Origin: Lama guanicoe
Taxonomy: Eukaryota
Assembly: GCA_013239625.1 (NCBI GenBank)
Contig: MU057340.1
Coordinates: 10,589,657 to 10,653,656 of the forward strand
Length of the DNA: 64,000 nucleotides
Direction of reading: 5' to 3'
Shown here piece by piece: positions 12,217 through 23,811 of the stretch; position 1 is the stretch's first letter, and every line of letters starts with the position of its first letter. The notes under the pieces are model-generated. The model searched no databases and was not told the origin of the DNA. It saw nothing but the letters and a program-made list of their open reading frames with translations. The translations under genes and the position numbers were made by a program.

Positions 12217-12808
12217 TGTCGGAGCCAGCCGACAATCGATCAGGTCCAGAAACCTGTGCTGCAGGACTGAGAAAAGGAAAGATGTAACAAAAAGACAGCA
12301 AGACAAGACAAGTTGGGGTTGAGAGGGTCTCACTCTAGCCCGCAAGACGCTAGGTCAAGAGTGGACGTCGAGTTTATTTCAGGTGGTTCTTTTATATGAT
12401 TTTAACCCATTAGCTCATACATTCCTGCACGTAGGCAATAAAGCCTAACCTCGTGACTCGTATACATTCAACTCAGGTGATACATTCAACTCAGGTGATT
12501 GTTCTCTAAAAGGATCACTGATTTGTGTGCCAATTGTATCTCTCCCTCCGAAGGTCTTTTGTGACTTAATAGCTCAAGATGTTTTCCTCAGGCATTAGCG
12601 CACCTGGTGCATTCTTTAGTAAAAGAGGTGGCGGGACAGAGATTGTTCTAACTCAATTGACCTTTGAGCCGGGCGCCCCGCACTGTGGGAGTTTAGGCCC
12701 AACCTTTGTGCTCGGCAGCCTCAATCTCAGAGCCTGGCGCCCTGCACTTTGGGGTTTTACGCCCAAGTTTTGTGCTCGGCAGCCCTCCGTCACGAGCGGC
12801 TCCCCGCA
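12217..12808 (-). mobile_element. ERV2 (betaretrovirus-like) solo LTR, young
   Basis: Perfect 6-bp TSD ggttag (12211-12216 and 12809-12814); minus-strand termini TGCGGGGAGCC...GGCTCCGACA; TATA (12390-12397) just upstream of AATAAA (12373-12378); U3 repeats; about two dozen intact CpGs. Confidence 0.9.
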
Positions 12809-13919
12809 GGTTAGGAGAGGGTCCTGGGAGTCAGCGTGTTCTGTCCAGGGCATCCACAGTGTCTGTCCCCACAAGAGCCCAGTGCGGGGAGCAGGGGCTG
12901 CTCTGGAGGTGTGCAGGGACCAGAAAGAGCCTTTCCCCGGGCAGTTCCAGGCTCACATTTCCTTCCAAACTCAGGAAACAGCCCCTCCATCAGCTGGAAA
13001 TCTAGGGACCAAGAAAATACATCCAGGGACCTGCCTTTGACCCCTCCCCACACCACCCCACACCCCGTACAACGCATCTCTGGTGGCCTATTTGTGAGAA
13101 TAGCAGTCTTTCCACAAGCCACCTTTGAAATTGGAGATTGCTGGGAGGAAACCACCGGGAGGGGGACGGGGAGGGACGAGGGTGTCCCTGGGCTGACACT
13201 CCCTGACTCCTGACTTCATCCTTGGCCATCTGACCGCTTCAAGGTAGAGAAATGCAAACCTGCAGAAAGTTTGCTTTTCCTGCTTCTAGTTATCCACACC
13301 AAGTTCTAATTTGCAACTTGTTTAAAGGTATCTGCATCCATTTAAATTAAATGTGCAGGAAATAATTATCTGGTAATTTTCCAGTGGAGGGAAAAAACCC
13401 AGAACAAGCCACGTCCATGCCTTGGTGCCACCTGTGGACCCTCACGGTCCAGGACTGGGGTTGCGCCTGTCCCGGTGCCAGGCGGGGCTCTGCTCACGGT
13501 CAAAGAGAGAGAGGCAGAGCAGCTTAGCACCTTCCGTGCTCTACCCTGAAAGAGACCTTCCTCCTGGGACTTGGAAACGAGGAGGGTGTAGGGGAGCAGG
13601 ATGTCAGCAGGTGGGCTCTGGCAGGACTGCTGGGGAGAGACGGCTGTGTATTCCTAGATCACAAGGAATGTGAGTTCTTTTCCTGAAGATGGTTAGCAAC
13701 CTTAATTCCCATCAAGAAGAGGGGGGAAGCTAGTCTAGAAACAAAGAGGCATCTCCCAGTGTGGACTCCCCACCAGCCATTAACTTGCCTCGAGACTTGG
13801 TTCCACTAGAAGACAGATGCCTCCCAATGGGCTGAGGCTCTTGTGAGCTGCAGGCTAGTTTTTCGGATCCCAGACAGGAAAGGAGTGGGAGCTGGAGGCT
13901 TCGTGTTGACTCTGTGTTT

Positions 13920-14275
13920 GGAAAGAGGCTCAGCTTTTCTAGAATCCAGCATCCTCTTTCATAAATGAGGGAGGCTAGCAATGCTTTCCTTGACTGATAA
14001 CAAAGGACTGACAGACGTAACTGGTGCTGACCCTCCCCCTCCATCTTGCCTTCACAAAGGTGATGGCTGGAGCTGCAGCAGCCCTCCTGTGGCCATGAGG
14101 GGATGGCCAACAAGCACATGTATGTCTGCCTGACATATCTGAGCCACTGAATGAAGTCAGCGGGCAACTGCCTCCAGATTCCTTGTTCAATGAAAAAAAA
14201 AAACAGTCTACTGCTTTAAACCACAGTCAGTTGTGTTTTCTGTTACTTCAGCCGAATTCAGTGCTAACTAAAGGA
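13920..14275 (+). mobile_element. MaLR LTR (MLT1J/K-like)
   Basis: gatggctggagctgcagcagccctcctgtggccatgagggg...gagccactgaa...tttaaaccac...ttttctgttacttcagccgaa...ctaact are MLT1 3' motifs. Confidence 0.7.
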
Positions 14276-14779
14276 ACTTTGCTGTGATAATTCAGTTAGA
14301 CAATGTGTGGACACTGCACAACACAAAACCTAGAAATGGCAGAAGCTCAATATTGTTAGCCCTTCCTTCTAGCAGACTCCTTGGAAGAAGACCTCTCTCC
14401 TAGAACTGAAATACCATCAGAGGGAGTGAAGGTATGCCATGTTTGCAGTGTAGACACGTGAGACCATGAGGATGGGACCATGTGTGCACACCCTCATCCG
14501 ACAGAGGAGGAAATGGAGGCCCAGAGGAAAAGTGACTCGGCCAAGGTCACCCAGGATGTGAATGGTGGAAATAATAGGTTACTCCCACCCCCAGGGTCCC
14601 GATGACATCTGCTGACCCCCTTCCAGGGAGGGTCCAAACTCTGGAGAGTGGCTGGGTGCAGGGGCCCGAGTGGCCTGGAGGGGCGCTCAGCCTCAGAGTC
14701 TCTCTCTGCTCAGCTTTCCTCTCCGCGTCCCTCCCCACCACTCTCCCCAGTCCGGAGCCCCAGGTCTTCCCACAGTGGT

Positions 14780-15135
14780 TACTTCTTTGATGGAACTGTA
14801 CTATACATACAATTTTATAATTGTTTTGTAAAATGTAATCTGGTTATCATCTTTTTAAATAAAAATTTTAATAATGTTATTATAGATTCATTTCCCTTCA
14901 CTGAATGTATCCTACTTCACTTTACTATAACCTGTTGACGTACATTTGAGATATGGCCAATCATTTTTTGCCGTTAAAAGGAATTATGTGAATGTTTGTA
15001 CCCACGGAGTTTTTAAAGTATTGCAGAAATTTTCTTCACAATAAAAACCCTGTAGTGAAGTCTATGGGTCAAAGACATGAATATTTAATTGTTAAATTTT
15101 AAAAAGTGGTTTTTCAAAAGGGTAGTGCAATGTTT
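14780..15135 (-). mobile_element. old L1M fragment
   Basis: AT-rich; tgggtcaaagacatgaatattt...ttttcaaaagggtagtgcaa resembles antisense ancient L1 3' region. Confidence 0.45.
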
Positions 15136-16950
15136 GGCCTCCGTCAGCCATGCAAGAGCACAGTTGTCTCCGCAGTTTTGCTGACTTGGGGTGCCGTGCA
15201 TCTCTATGGGGGACAGACAGGGGTCTCTGGCCTGGTGCTCCTTGAACTGCACGGTTGCAAGTTTTTTTCCCTCCCTTTAGATCTTTAGAAATGTTTCCCA
15301 ATTTCTCAATTGCAAAGAAGCTGAGGGAGAGCAAATTCAAAAATTAAGATAATTCACAGAATTGTTTACTTCACTTATTCTTCTATTACCAAAAAAAGTA
15401 AGATTGAAGAAACCTTTTTAAAGTCCCAGAAGTACAAAGGAGAAAATCAGCCCCAAACGGCTCATTTATTATTGAATACATTTCACAGGCTGAAAAAGTC
15501 AAACTGCGCTGCGTGGAAGGAAAGGGAAGGGGAAGATCTCATTTCCCAATTTCTGTTCTTCTCCCTGGAGGTAACGGTTTCTAAATGTGTCTTTGATTCT
15601 CTCTAGAATGAATTTATATACACGCACTTGCAAATTTATAATATTTTGGAGAATCGAAGATACTGAGTGTCAGCCCTTTCTTGGTCTTTCTGAAACGTGT
15701 CACCGGGCAGTCTTCACACAAACCTAGCAGCTGCCACCTGACTGGCAGTGGTTGTGGGAGGTTCCAGGTTTTGAGGCATTTTTCTTTAAAGAAATTTTAC
15801 ATAAAGCCTCATAGAGTCTTTGAGGCTTCTTTTTTTCTTTCAAGAAAGTGTATATAGAGCTTCAAAGAATCAATGAAACAGGATGTATTTATTTCCAAAA
15901 ATTTTTTTTATCTACACAAAAGGGTCATGTTATTCAGAGCGTTCTGTATCTTGCAGGGAAGTTAAAAAGTTTGTATGCGGTCACACAACAAGTAGGAGGA
16001 GCAGGATTTGAAACGTGCTTGTCTGCTGGGGAGGCACGCATTTCTAACCACTGTGACATCTCCTCCGAGTGGCACACTTGGGACCCACAGAAAAGCGTTC
16101 GAGGGGGCAGAGCAGGACTCCACGTAAGGGACAGTTCCAGCAGTGGGGTCTGGGTAGAGGATGGCGTGCGGGTGAAGTGAGCTGGATGCGTCATATTTCG
16201 GGGAAACGACCTTCCGTTCTAGAATAACGGAAATACTGCATTCCAGATGGTGTGCCTGCAAGCCATCTCACTTTGAGACCTGAGGAGCTCTCCCAAGACA
16301 CGCTCAGAGGCAGGTCTAGCGGTTGGGGGTCAAGTGCACTTTGGTTGAAGACAGGAAGTGGGGTAATTGTGTTAACTCTGGCCATGACTCACAGTAGAAC
16401 ATTGAGCCAATCTCCCCTTTGTGCCTCAGTTTCCTCCTCTGTGAATTGGGAGAAGCTGGCTTCGATGTGAACGAAGGTAACTTCTAACTCAACAATCCCA
16501 CGACACTTTCTTCAAACCTATGGTTTTGTTGCGCAGGCCGAAAAATCTTACTGGAAACTGATGTTCAGGGACGACATCTCAGCTTCGGCTCGGTGGCAGC
16601 CCTGGGACTTTTCCTATTAAAACTCTCAAAAGGAAACCCATAGCCATCCTTCCTCATCCTTTCAAGACTTCAGGGAGCTGACAGCAGACACGTGAGCAAA
16701 GGTGGAGGGTCCGAGGTCACAGCGGGCTCATTTGGAGCAGAAGACGTGATGCTGGAGATTCCTCTGTGCAGATGGATCCCTGACAGGACAGCCACCTGTC
16801 TGTCCTCCCAGAGCTCACGTTCCGCCAGGGAGATGGGTGAATAAACCCAGAAGACACACATTGTTGTGTGAGGTAGTGATGGCTTAATGCACATCATGGA
16901 GACTGGGTGGGCGAAAGGCCTGAAGTGACCATGGTGAGGTCAAGTGGCTA

Positions 16951-17056
16951 GTTTATTTTATTTTATTTTATTTTTCAAATGGAGGTACTGGGGATTGAAC
17001 CCAGGATCTCGTGCATGCTAAGCACATGCTCTACCTCTGAGCTATACCCACCCCCC
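16951..17056 (-). mobile_element. Vic-1 camelid SINE (tRNA-Ala-AGC derived)
   Basis: Reverse complement gggtatagctcagaggtagagcatgtgcttagcatgcacgagatcctgggttcaatccccagtacctcca plus (aaaat)n tail; A and B boxes present; flanked by gtggct on both sides. Confidence 0.88.
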
Positions 17057-17059
17057 GGT

Positions 17060-17700
17060 GGCTCTTTTAGGTAGGATGGTTGGGGCAGCCTCTTGGATGA
17101 GGCCACATTTGAATGAAGGGACAAAGTCTTTCAAGGTGTGTGTGTGGAATAATATCTGAGTTTTATCCTAGTTCTATGGGGAGGCCATTGGAGGGTTTGA
17201 GAAGAAATGAAGAGAGTTCTGACTTACGTTTAAATCCAGCTGCTGTGTGAAGAGTTGATTTTAGGGGCAAGGTTGGGGCAGAGAGCGCAGCTAGGAGGCT
17301 CAAGCAGTGTCTGGAAGAAGTGGAGGCCTTTGAGACTGGGAGGGTGGGAGATGGATGGACTCCAGATATATTTTGAAAGAAGAGCCAAGGGGATTCACCG
17401 TCAGATCAGTGTGAGGGGTGAGGGAAGGAGAAGGGATGAGAGTGGCAGGGGTTTTCATCTGCACCTGGATGGACAGACATTCACTCACTGAGGAGGAGCC
17501 TGGGCGGAGGGGCAAATCCCGACCACTGGGGACCTGCGTTTAGACGTCCAAGGGGAGGTGGTGGGCGTGGAGATGGATATGAATTCGGATCTCAGATTTG
17601 TGGTCAGGACCAGGGAATATCTGGAGGGTTTGGGATCCAGCAGCTTGTCTGTGGATGCTATGAAGGCCCTGGGACTGGGTGGGTGTGAGGCAGCCCTGCA
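17060..17700 (-). mobile_element. L2 LINE fragment, adjacent to the Vic-1 insertion
   Basis: ttttatcctag...ggggaggccattggagggtttgag...gacttacgttt...agctaggaggct...gatatattttgaaag are antisense L2 motifs. Confidence 0.7.
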
Positions 17701-17904
17701 GCGAGCTGAGCTGGGGGAGGGGGGTCACATCCACGCCACTCTGGGTCGGCTCCAGGTTTGGAGAAGGGTTGGGAGGGCCCCTCTGTGGCCTGAAGTCTCG
17801 GCCAGTCTTCCCAGAGAGCTCTAAACTCTGGGAATTATCGGGCAGGTGATACCATTAATAAAGCTAATCCTTTCTTCCTCATTTAAAGTCATTGTTAAAC
17901 TCTA

Positions 17905-18202
17905 TTTCCTTATTTTATTTTATTTTAATTAAATTTTTAAATTGAAGTATAGTTGATTTACAACGTTGTGTTAGTTTCTGGTGTACAGCATTGCGATGCA
18001 GTCATACATGTGTATATTCTTTTTCATTATAGGTTATTACAAGAAACTGAATAGAGCTCCCTGTGCTGTGCAGTGGGGCCTTGTTGTTTATCTATTTTAT
18101 ATATAGTCGTGTGTATCTGCTAATCCCAAACTCCTGATTTGTCCCTCCCCACTACTTCTTTCTCCTTTTGGTAACCATAAGTTTGTTTTCTGTGTCTGTA
18201 TG
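17905..18202 (-). mobile_element. L1 3' end, 5'-truncated
   Basis: T-rich tail then attgaagtatagttgatttacaacgttgtgttagtttctggtgtacagca...ggtaaccataagtttgttttctgtgtctgt. Confidence 0.9.
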
Positions 18203-18950
18203 AAATATTTATTGATTGACTTTGTGCCAGGCGGTCTTCTAGGTCTGGGGATTATAACCATGAACAAGAACTTGTCTTCTTAGAGTTTACGTTCTGGTGA
18301 GAGCAGACAGATAAGAAAAGGGTAAATAAGTAAAAATATAATATAGAGTTAGGAAGTTGTAATGTTATGAAGAAAAAGAAAGCAGAGTGAGGGAACAGGG
18401 CCTGGTGGAGCTGCAGGTTTGGACAGGGTGGCCTAGGAAGCCTTCATGGAGGCCACTTTTGGGCAGGGGACTGAGTGAAGTGAGGGAGGAGTCATGTGAG
18501 GGTCTGGTGGGACTGATCAGCAGGAACTGCCGTGCAAAGGCCCTGAGGTGGGAACAGGGTGTCCTTCGCAGGCAGCCAGCAGGGAGGGCACCGTGGCTGG
18601 AGCTGCCTGAGGGCCAGCAGGCTGTAACAAGGGCTTACCTGTTATTGTGCGGGAGCTGGGGCACTGGCGGCTTCTTTGTAGAGGAGTGACAGGTCTGACT
18701 TACATTTTCAGGGATCAGTCTTTGGGCTGAGTGGATAACGGGTCACAGGGGATAAGAGGGGGTGAGGGGACCCTTCAGGAAGTGGGTGCAGCCAGGTGAG
18801 AGATGGAGCTGGATCCAGATGGCAGCAGAGGAGAGATGGTCAGATACGGGATGGATTCTGAGCCTCGGGGATGTGCTGACGGATCAGATGGAGGGTGAGA
18901 GAGAATGGGCTGAGTCAGGGCACCTCGCGGAGTTTAAGTCTGAGTCACAG
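18203..18950 (-). mobile_element. L2a 3' fragment
   Basis: aaatatttattga...tgtgccaggc...ttctaggtctgggga...atgaacaaga...gagtttacgttctggt...tgcaaaggccctgaggtgggaa...gacttacattttcaggg. Confidence 0.8.
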
Positions 18951-20044
18951 CTTTCTTCCTTCTTCTTTTCTGTCCTCATCAGAAGGAGAGAGCTAGCTTA
19001 GAATTCCTTCTTAATTGGGGCTACGTTGTCCCACAGCAAAACCACTCTCCCCATCAAAGAGGGTCAGGGGCCTCCGTTGTCTCCGCAGCCCAGATGGGGG
19101 CATCCAGGGCACTGTGTGAGACTCGTGTGTTATCAGCAGCGGTGCAACCCCTCCTGCCTGCCTCTTTGTCCTTTCTCTCCCCTTTCCTCGCCTTTTTAAC
19201 CTGTTTTGGTAAAACAGACAGTCAGGACAACATCAAAGTGCACAATACTTTTATTCTCCCCACAAGAAGGCTTGTCCTGATAGGTCAGCTTTTGGCAGAG
19301 GATAAAGAAGAAAATATCGCTGTGCCCCCAGGCGGCTACCAAGAAACATCGCGCGTTATCTCTGCTGCCCAAGAAGAGAGACAGGGCATCCATCCTCGGG
19401 GAGCTCTGGGCTCCGGGAGCGTGTTTCTCGTCCGTTCGTTTTTCTAACGGCAGATGTGAGAGTCCGAGGATCTCCTTATTGAGAGTTTGGTTATGGAAAC
19501 CAGGTGTTCCCTAGCGTTTATGACTCAAGGGGCCTCAGTCACAGGGTGCCCGCTTCATGCCAGATACTCTCAGAGGATTCCCAGGGAGACAGGGGCAGAT
19601 TCAAGTGCTCTTGGAGGCCGTTGGTCATGACTGGGCTCTTGTTTCTGCCAAGAAATGGCTGCAGGGACCAGCTGAGCGTATCTCTGGCAAGAAGATCAGC
19701 TCTGGCCTGGGAACCGTGAGTACCACGCGGGATCCCTGGGTTGCTGGTGGTCACAAGCAGCCTGAGCCTCAGTGCCCTCCTGGTGGAGGTCCCAGCTGAG
19801 ACAGAGACCTAGGGAATGGCTTTTTGTTTTGACTGACAGCAAGGCCCATGACAAATCATACAGTGATTCTCAAAGCTCTTGGAGCATATGCCAGGGTCCA
19901 TTGGTGAAACAGGCTGGGTCCTTCTGTTTCTCACCCTGGCTCCCCACAACAATTTTGTAATGCTTTTTCCATCCTGTGGAAGTTCCTTCCAGCAATACTT
20001 GCTTAACCGCAGGTCACCAGTGGGTGCTCTTTCTTGCCTTAAAT

Positions 20045-20363
20045 CTGCCTCGTCCAACATGGTACCCACCTGAAGTGCAGCTCATCAGAAAGGAGATGGG
20101 TTGTGAGTGTAAAACACATTGAGATTTCAAAGGCTTCGTATGGTTAAAGAAAGTAAAATATCTCAGCAATAATTTTAAATATTGATTTATGAACATTTTG
20201 ACCACATTGAAATGATATTATTTGGGATACATTAGGTTGAATAAAATATATTATTAAAATCGATCTCACATTTTTAGGGGGGCACTTCTTAAAAAATGTA
20301 GCTACTAGAAAATTTAAAATTATACATATGGCTTACCTTATATTTCTTATTAGACAGTGATGC
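20045..20363 (-). mobile_element. MER33 (hAT-Charlie non-autonomous DNA transposon)
   Basis: gtccaacatggta...gtgtaaaacacattgagatttcaaag...aaatatattattaaaat...aatgtagctactagaaaatttaaaattatacatatggct...ttagacagtg. Confidence 0.82.
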
Positions 20364-20528
20364 TCTAAAGAGCAAGGAGGTCATTTCCTGGGAGCCCACC
20401 GATGACTTGTCTTAGGCACGATGTTTCCAAGGTGAGGACTCCACCTGTTCCCGTGGCCGCATGTTAAAGCTTGGTCTCCGTAGTGTGACCCCAAGGCCCG
20501 CTGTGATGGCCACCTCCTGCCTGCCAGC

Positions 20529-20630
20529 TGCTACGGAGTGAATGTCTGTGAGCCTCCAAAATTCACAGGCTGGCACCTTCTCCCCAGGGGATGGTGTTTT
20601 TGTTATAGCAGATGGACTGGTTGGACGAAG
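20529..20630 (+). mobile_element. internally deleted MLT1A/B LTR remnant
   Basis: MLT1 5' start tgctacggagtgaatgtctgtg..ccaaaattcac joined almost directly to the 3' end tggtgtttttgttatagcag. Confidence 0.5.
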
Positions 20631-21119
20631 AAACCATCCTCCCCTCCTGCACTGCCTTCCTTAAACGCCACCCTGTGCCTTGGCCGCCTCCTCTCTCCCC
20701 GCCTGCACCGGCGGCCCCTGCTCCTGCCAACACACATGCCCTCCAAGCAGGGGACTCTCCATCCAGTGGGTGAAGCATCTTCTCTTTCGGAACATCAAAA
20801 CCACCGCGGCAACAAGGGCAACATTCTAGTGCTTGTTTGTTCTCGGTTTCCAAGACGTCTTCCACTCAGATCGCCTCTTCCATTCTAAAGGGCAGCTCTG
20901 GTTTCTCCAAAGGTCCAGATGGCTTAACCCTTGAGTCTTCTCTCCTCGATATAAAGAAGTAGGACCTTTTCCTCCCTGGATCTCTGGAAGAGCCAAAGAG
21001 GGCCAAATCCTCTGCTATGCAGGGAGCTTGGATTAATACCCACGGAGCAGGCGAGGGGAGCAGAGCTTTGAGCTCCATCTCTATACGAGGCATGGCTGGT
21101 TCTCTAGATTTGTGCTTTG

Positions 21120-21255
21120 TCAAATCCTCACAGCAGCCGCCTGGGCAGGTGTTACCGCTAACACTTTGCAGACAAGGAAACTGAAGCCCCGTAAGTTTAG
21201 ATGACTTGGTCGAGGGCCCTAGGAAGTGGCTGGGTTGGGACTAAACACACAGGCG
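21120..21255 (-). mobile_element. MIR SINE
   Basis: aatcctcacagcagcc...tttgcagacaaggaaactgaagccc...tgacttggtcgagggcc. Confidence 0.7.
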
Positions 21256-21699
21256 AGCTCTGAGTTCTTGTCTAGGTCCTGTCTGAGTGGAAGGGGCCTC
21301 CTTGCCTTCAGGCGTATTGCCTGCTGTCGCCCCGGTGGCTGGGGTTGTGGGCGACACAGTCAGCCTCTTGCTTTTCACTTGTAATTTACTCTTTTGCTTT
21401 GTTCTCAGCAGGAAGATGGGAAACCCTAGCTTCTTCAACCGCTTTTCAAAGTTGAGACAGACTCCCAGTGTGGCCGGGCTCTTGCTCATCACGTGCCCTT
21501 TGAAGAAACCCGGGCTGCTCACCCACAGGCACCAGGCGACAGTGCCCTTTACCCTCTGTGGCCACTGCTCTGGGTTTCAGATTCACCGAGGACCTCACTT
21601 CCACGTGGCAGCCCCAGTTATTAGTCCCCACTTGTGTCCACCTGGTGCTTTATCCCCTGTCTTCACCTCCTGGCTCCTGGCATCTCCTCTAGGCTGAGC

Positions 21700-21855
21700 T
21701 TTTATTATCATTTTGTTATTGTTACTATTAAACACTTAACATGAGATCTAACCTTGTAGCAAGTTTTCAAGTGCACAGTACAGTTCTATGAACTACAGAC
21801 ACAAGGTAGGACTTGTCCATCTTGTATCCCTGGAACTTTGTACCTGAAGACTAGC
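21700..21855 (-). mobile_element. L1MA/L1MB-type 3' end fragment
   Basis: aacacttaacatgagatctaacctt...ttttcaagtgcacagtacag...catcttgta...gaactttgtacc. Confidence 0.65.
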
Positions 21856-22030
21856 CTGCCCCCCCGAGCCAGGTCTTGCTCGGGTGACCCATGAGAGCAA
21901 GTGGTGACACTGACTTTTCCTGGGGGGAGTTCCCCAGGATGCCCTGCTCCGTGTTTCCCCTGGTCCTTCCCTCATGTCCCATTTTGTGTTGGCTGCCTCC
22001 TGCCTTTGGCCTTTCTTGTGTTTCTGTCTT

Positions 22031-22150
22031 TTGTTTTTGGAAGGGTGGGGAGAGAGATAATTCAGTTTATTAATTAAATAATTAATTAATTAAAATGGAG
22101 GGACTGGGGATTGAACCCAGGGATAGAACACGGCTCTACCCCCACCCCCA
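22031..22150 (-). mobile_element. Vic-1 SINE, internally deleted copy
   Basis: aatggagggactggggattgaacccagg...ctctacc plus Vic-1-like tail; TSD gtgttt(t)ctgtctt at 22018-22030 and 22151-22164. Confidence 0.72.
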
Positions 22151-23811
22151 GTGTTTTCTGTCTTGATCTCCCCCACGGACTAGAGTGTGGAGCTCCGGAG
22201 GCTTGGCTGAGCCTCTGGCTTTTCGTAACCCACGTCCATCCCGGGGTGTGGGATGGGACTCAGGAGGGTGGCGGCAAGTAGAGGAGAGGGAGGCGGGGCA
22301 CGGGGGTCAGTGAAGAGGGAAGCGGGACCACTGGACTCACGTCTTGTTGACGCCTCCATTCTGCCCCGTGTGTAGGTAAAAATCACGCCCTCCAGCATGA
22401 TTCCTTTGTCGGGTGAAACCAGGATAAATGGCTTAATTTCTATTTTTGGATGCTGCTCTGCCTTTGTAGCCCTTTTATCTGAATCCCTTGATCACCTAGA
22501 ACAGTTTGGCAGTGTGCATTTCCCAGCAAAGTGAGGGACAGGCAAATCATTTATAAATAATAAGATTCTAGTCTGAAGGAATAGGTGGCCTCCCGCTCTC
22601 AGAAGAGAGAGGAGCTGCCGCCAAATGTTAACGTCACTTGATGCAAATGTGAGGAGTTACTTCCACCCCAGGCTTTCTCCGGTGCCACTCTCAGTAATGG
22701 ATAAAAGGAACCACGGAGCTGACCGCCTTGGGAGTGATGAGGTCTCCTGAGCTGTGGCAAAGCACAAAACCCATATGCAGAACCATTTAATTTTTGCTTT
22801 CTCTTTGCCAGGAAGAAAAAGAAAAAGGAGGAAAGTCATAGTCTCTCTGAAATCCGATTTGGCTTTTTTCCAGTGGGATAGTCTATCTTCTCCATAGGGT
22901 TCTGCCAGTTAAGCACTGAGGATGCACATTCTAAGGCATGATCTGTGAGCGCAATTTATTTCTAAATTCAAGCCTTCCTTCTTAAGATTATTTGCTATAA
23001 TAGATATACTGGAGTAATACCAAGGATTAAATAACAGGAGGACTCCAGAGAAAGCAAATACACCAGGGGAGACTCCACGGAGAAACGACTTTTACTTGTC
23101 TCCTCACACCCAAATTCAGCAGATATTTTCTAGAGAATGTCAGCTTCCAGAAATAAAAGGAACTGATGGAAAAGTAACTGGCCCATCAGTAGCAGCTACT
23201 GCGTATTGTGGGTACCAGATCCTCGACTGGGCATGTTTATTCATGACCATGTTTAATACTCGTAACAGCACCACTGACCCGCGGTGGTTATACCCACTGT
23301 ACCTCTGAGCCCATTTCTTCTTCAAAGACTTAGCTAAGAAGCCCCACTGTCCGTGGTTGGTTTTCTTTCTTTCTTAAGATGATTGACATCCCTCCTCGTG
23401 CTCCAGTGACCATCACCTTCTGACAGCTGAACAACGGATCTATTGAAAATGACTTTTCTTTATTCTCAGTCTAGGATTTCCTGGGAAGGCAGCTCATAGC
23501 AGACGGCCCAGGCTAGTAGGTAAGACTTGGTGGGGGGTCCATTTCACAAATGGTGTTCAGGTCAAGAAAACCTGAGGACATACCCTCGTGGGGAAATGCT
23601 CAGGGTTCCTCGCAGTCTTCCCTGGTAAGGCACACCCATCAGGCCCTTTGGGCTCATTTGGCATTTCTGCACGGTGTTTGCACCATCCATCTAGTTACCA
23701 TTAGATTATTCTCCGTTTGCTTGGAGTCTGCACTATTCCTCTCCCCTATCATGTTGTTTTTTGGCTTCTTATGCATTTCCTGGGGATGTTTGAAAAGAAC
23801 ACGATGGTGAC

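Noticed and set aside
16978-17050. tRNA-Ala(AGC)-like sequence (also at about 42462-42538)
   Set aside because: The A-rich tails, altered 5' acceptor stems and multiple diverged copies identify these as SINEs, not tRNA genes.
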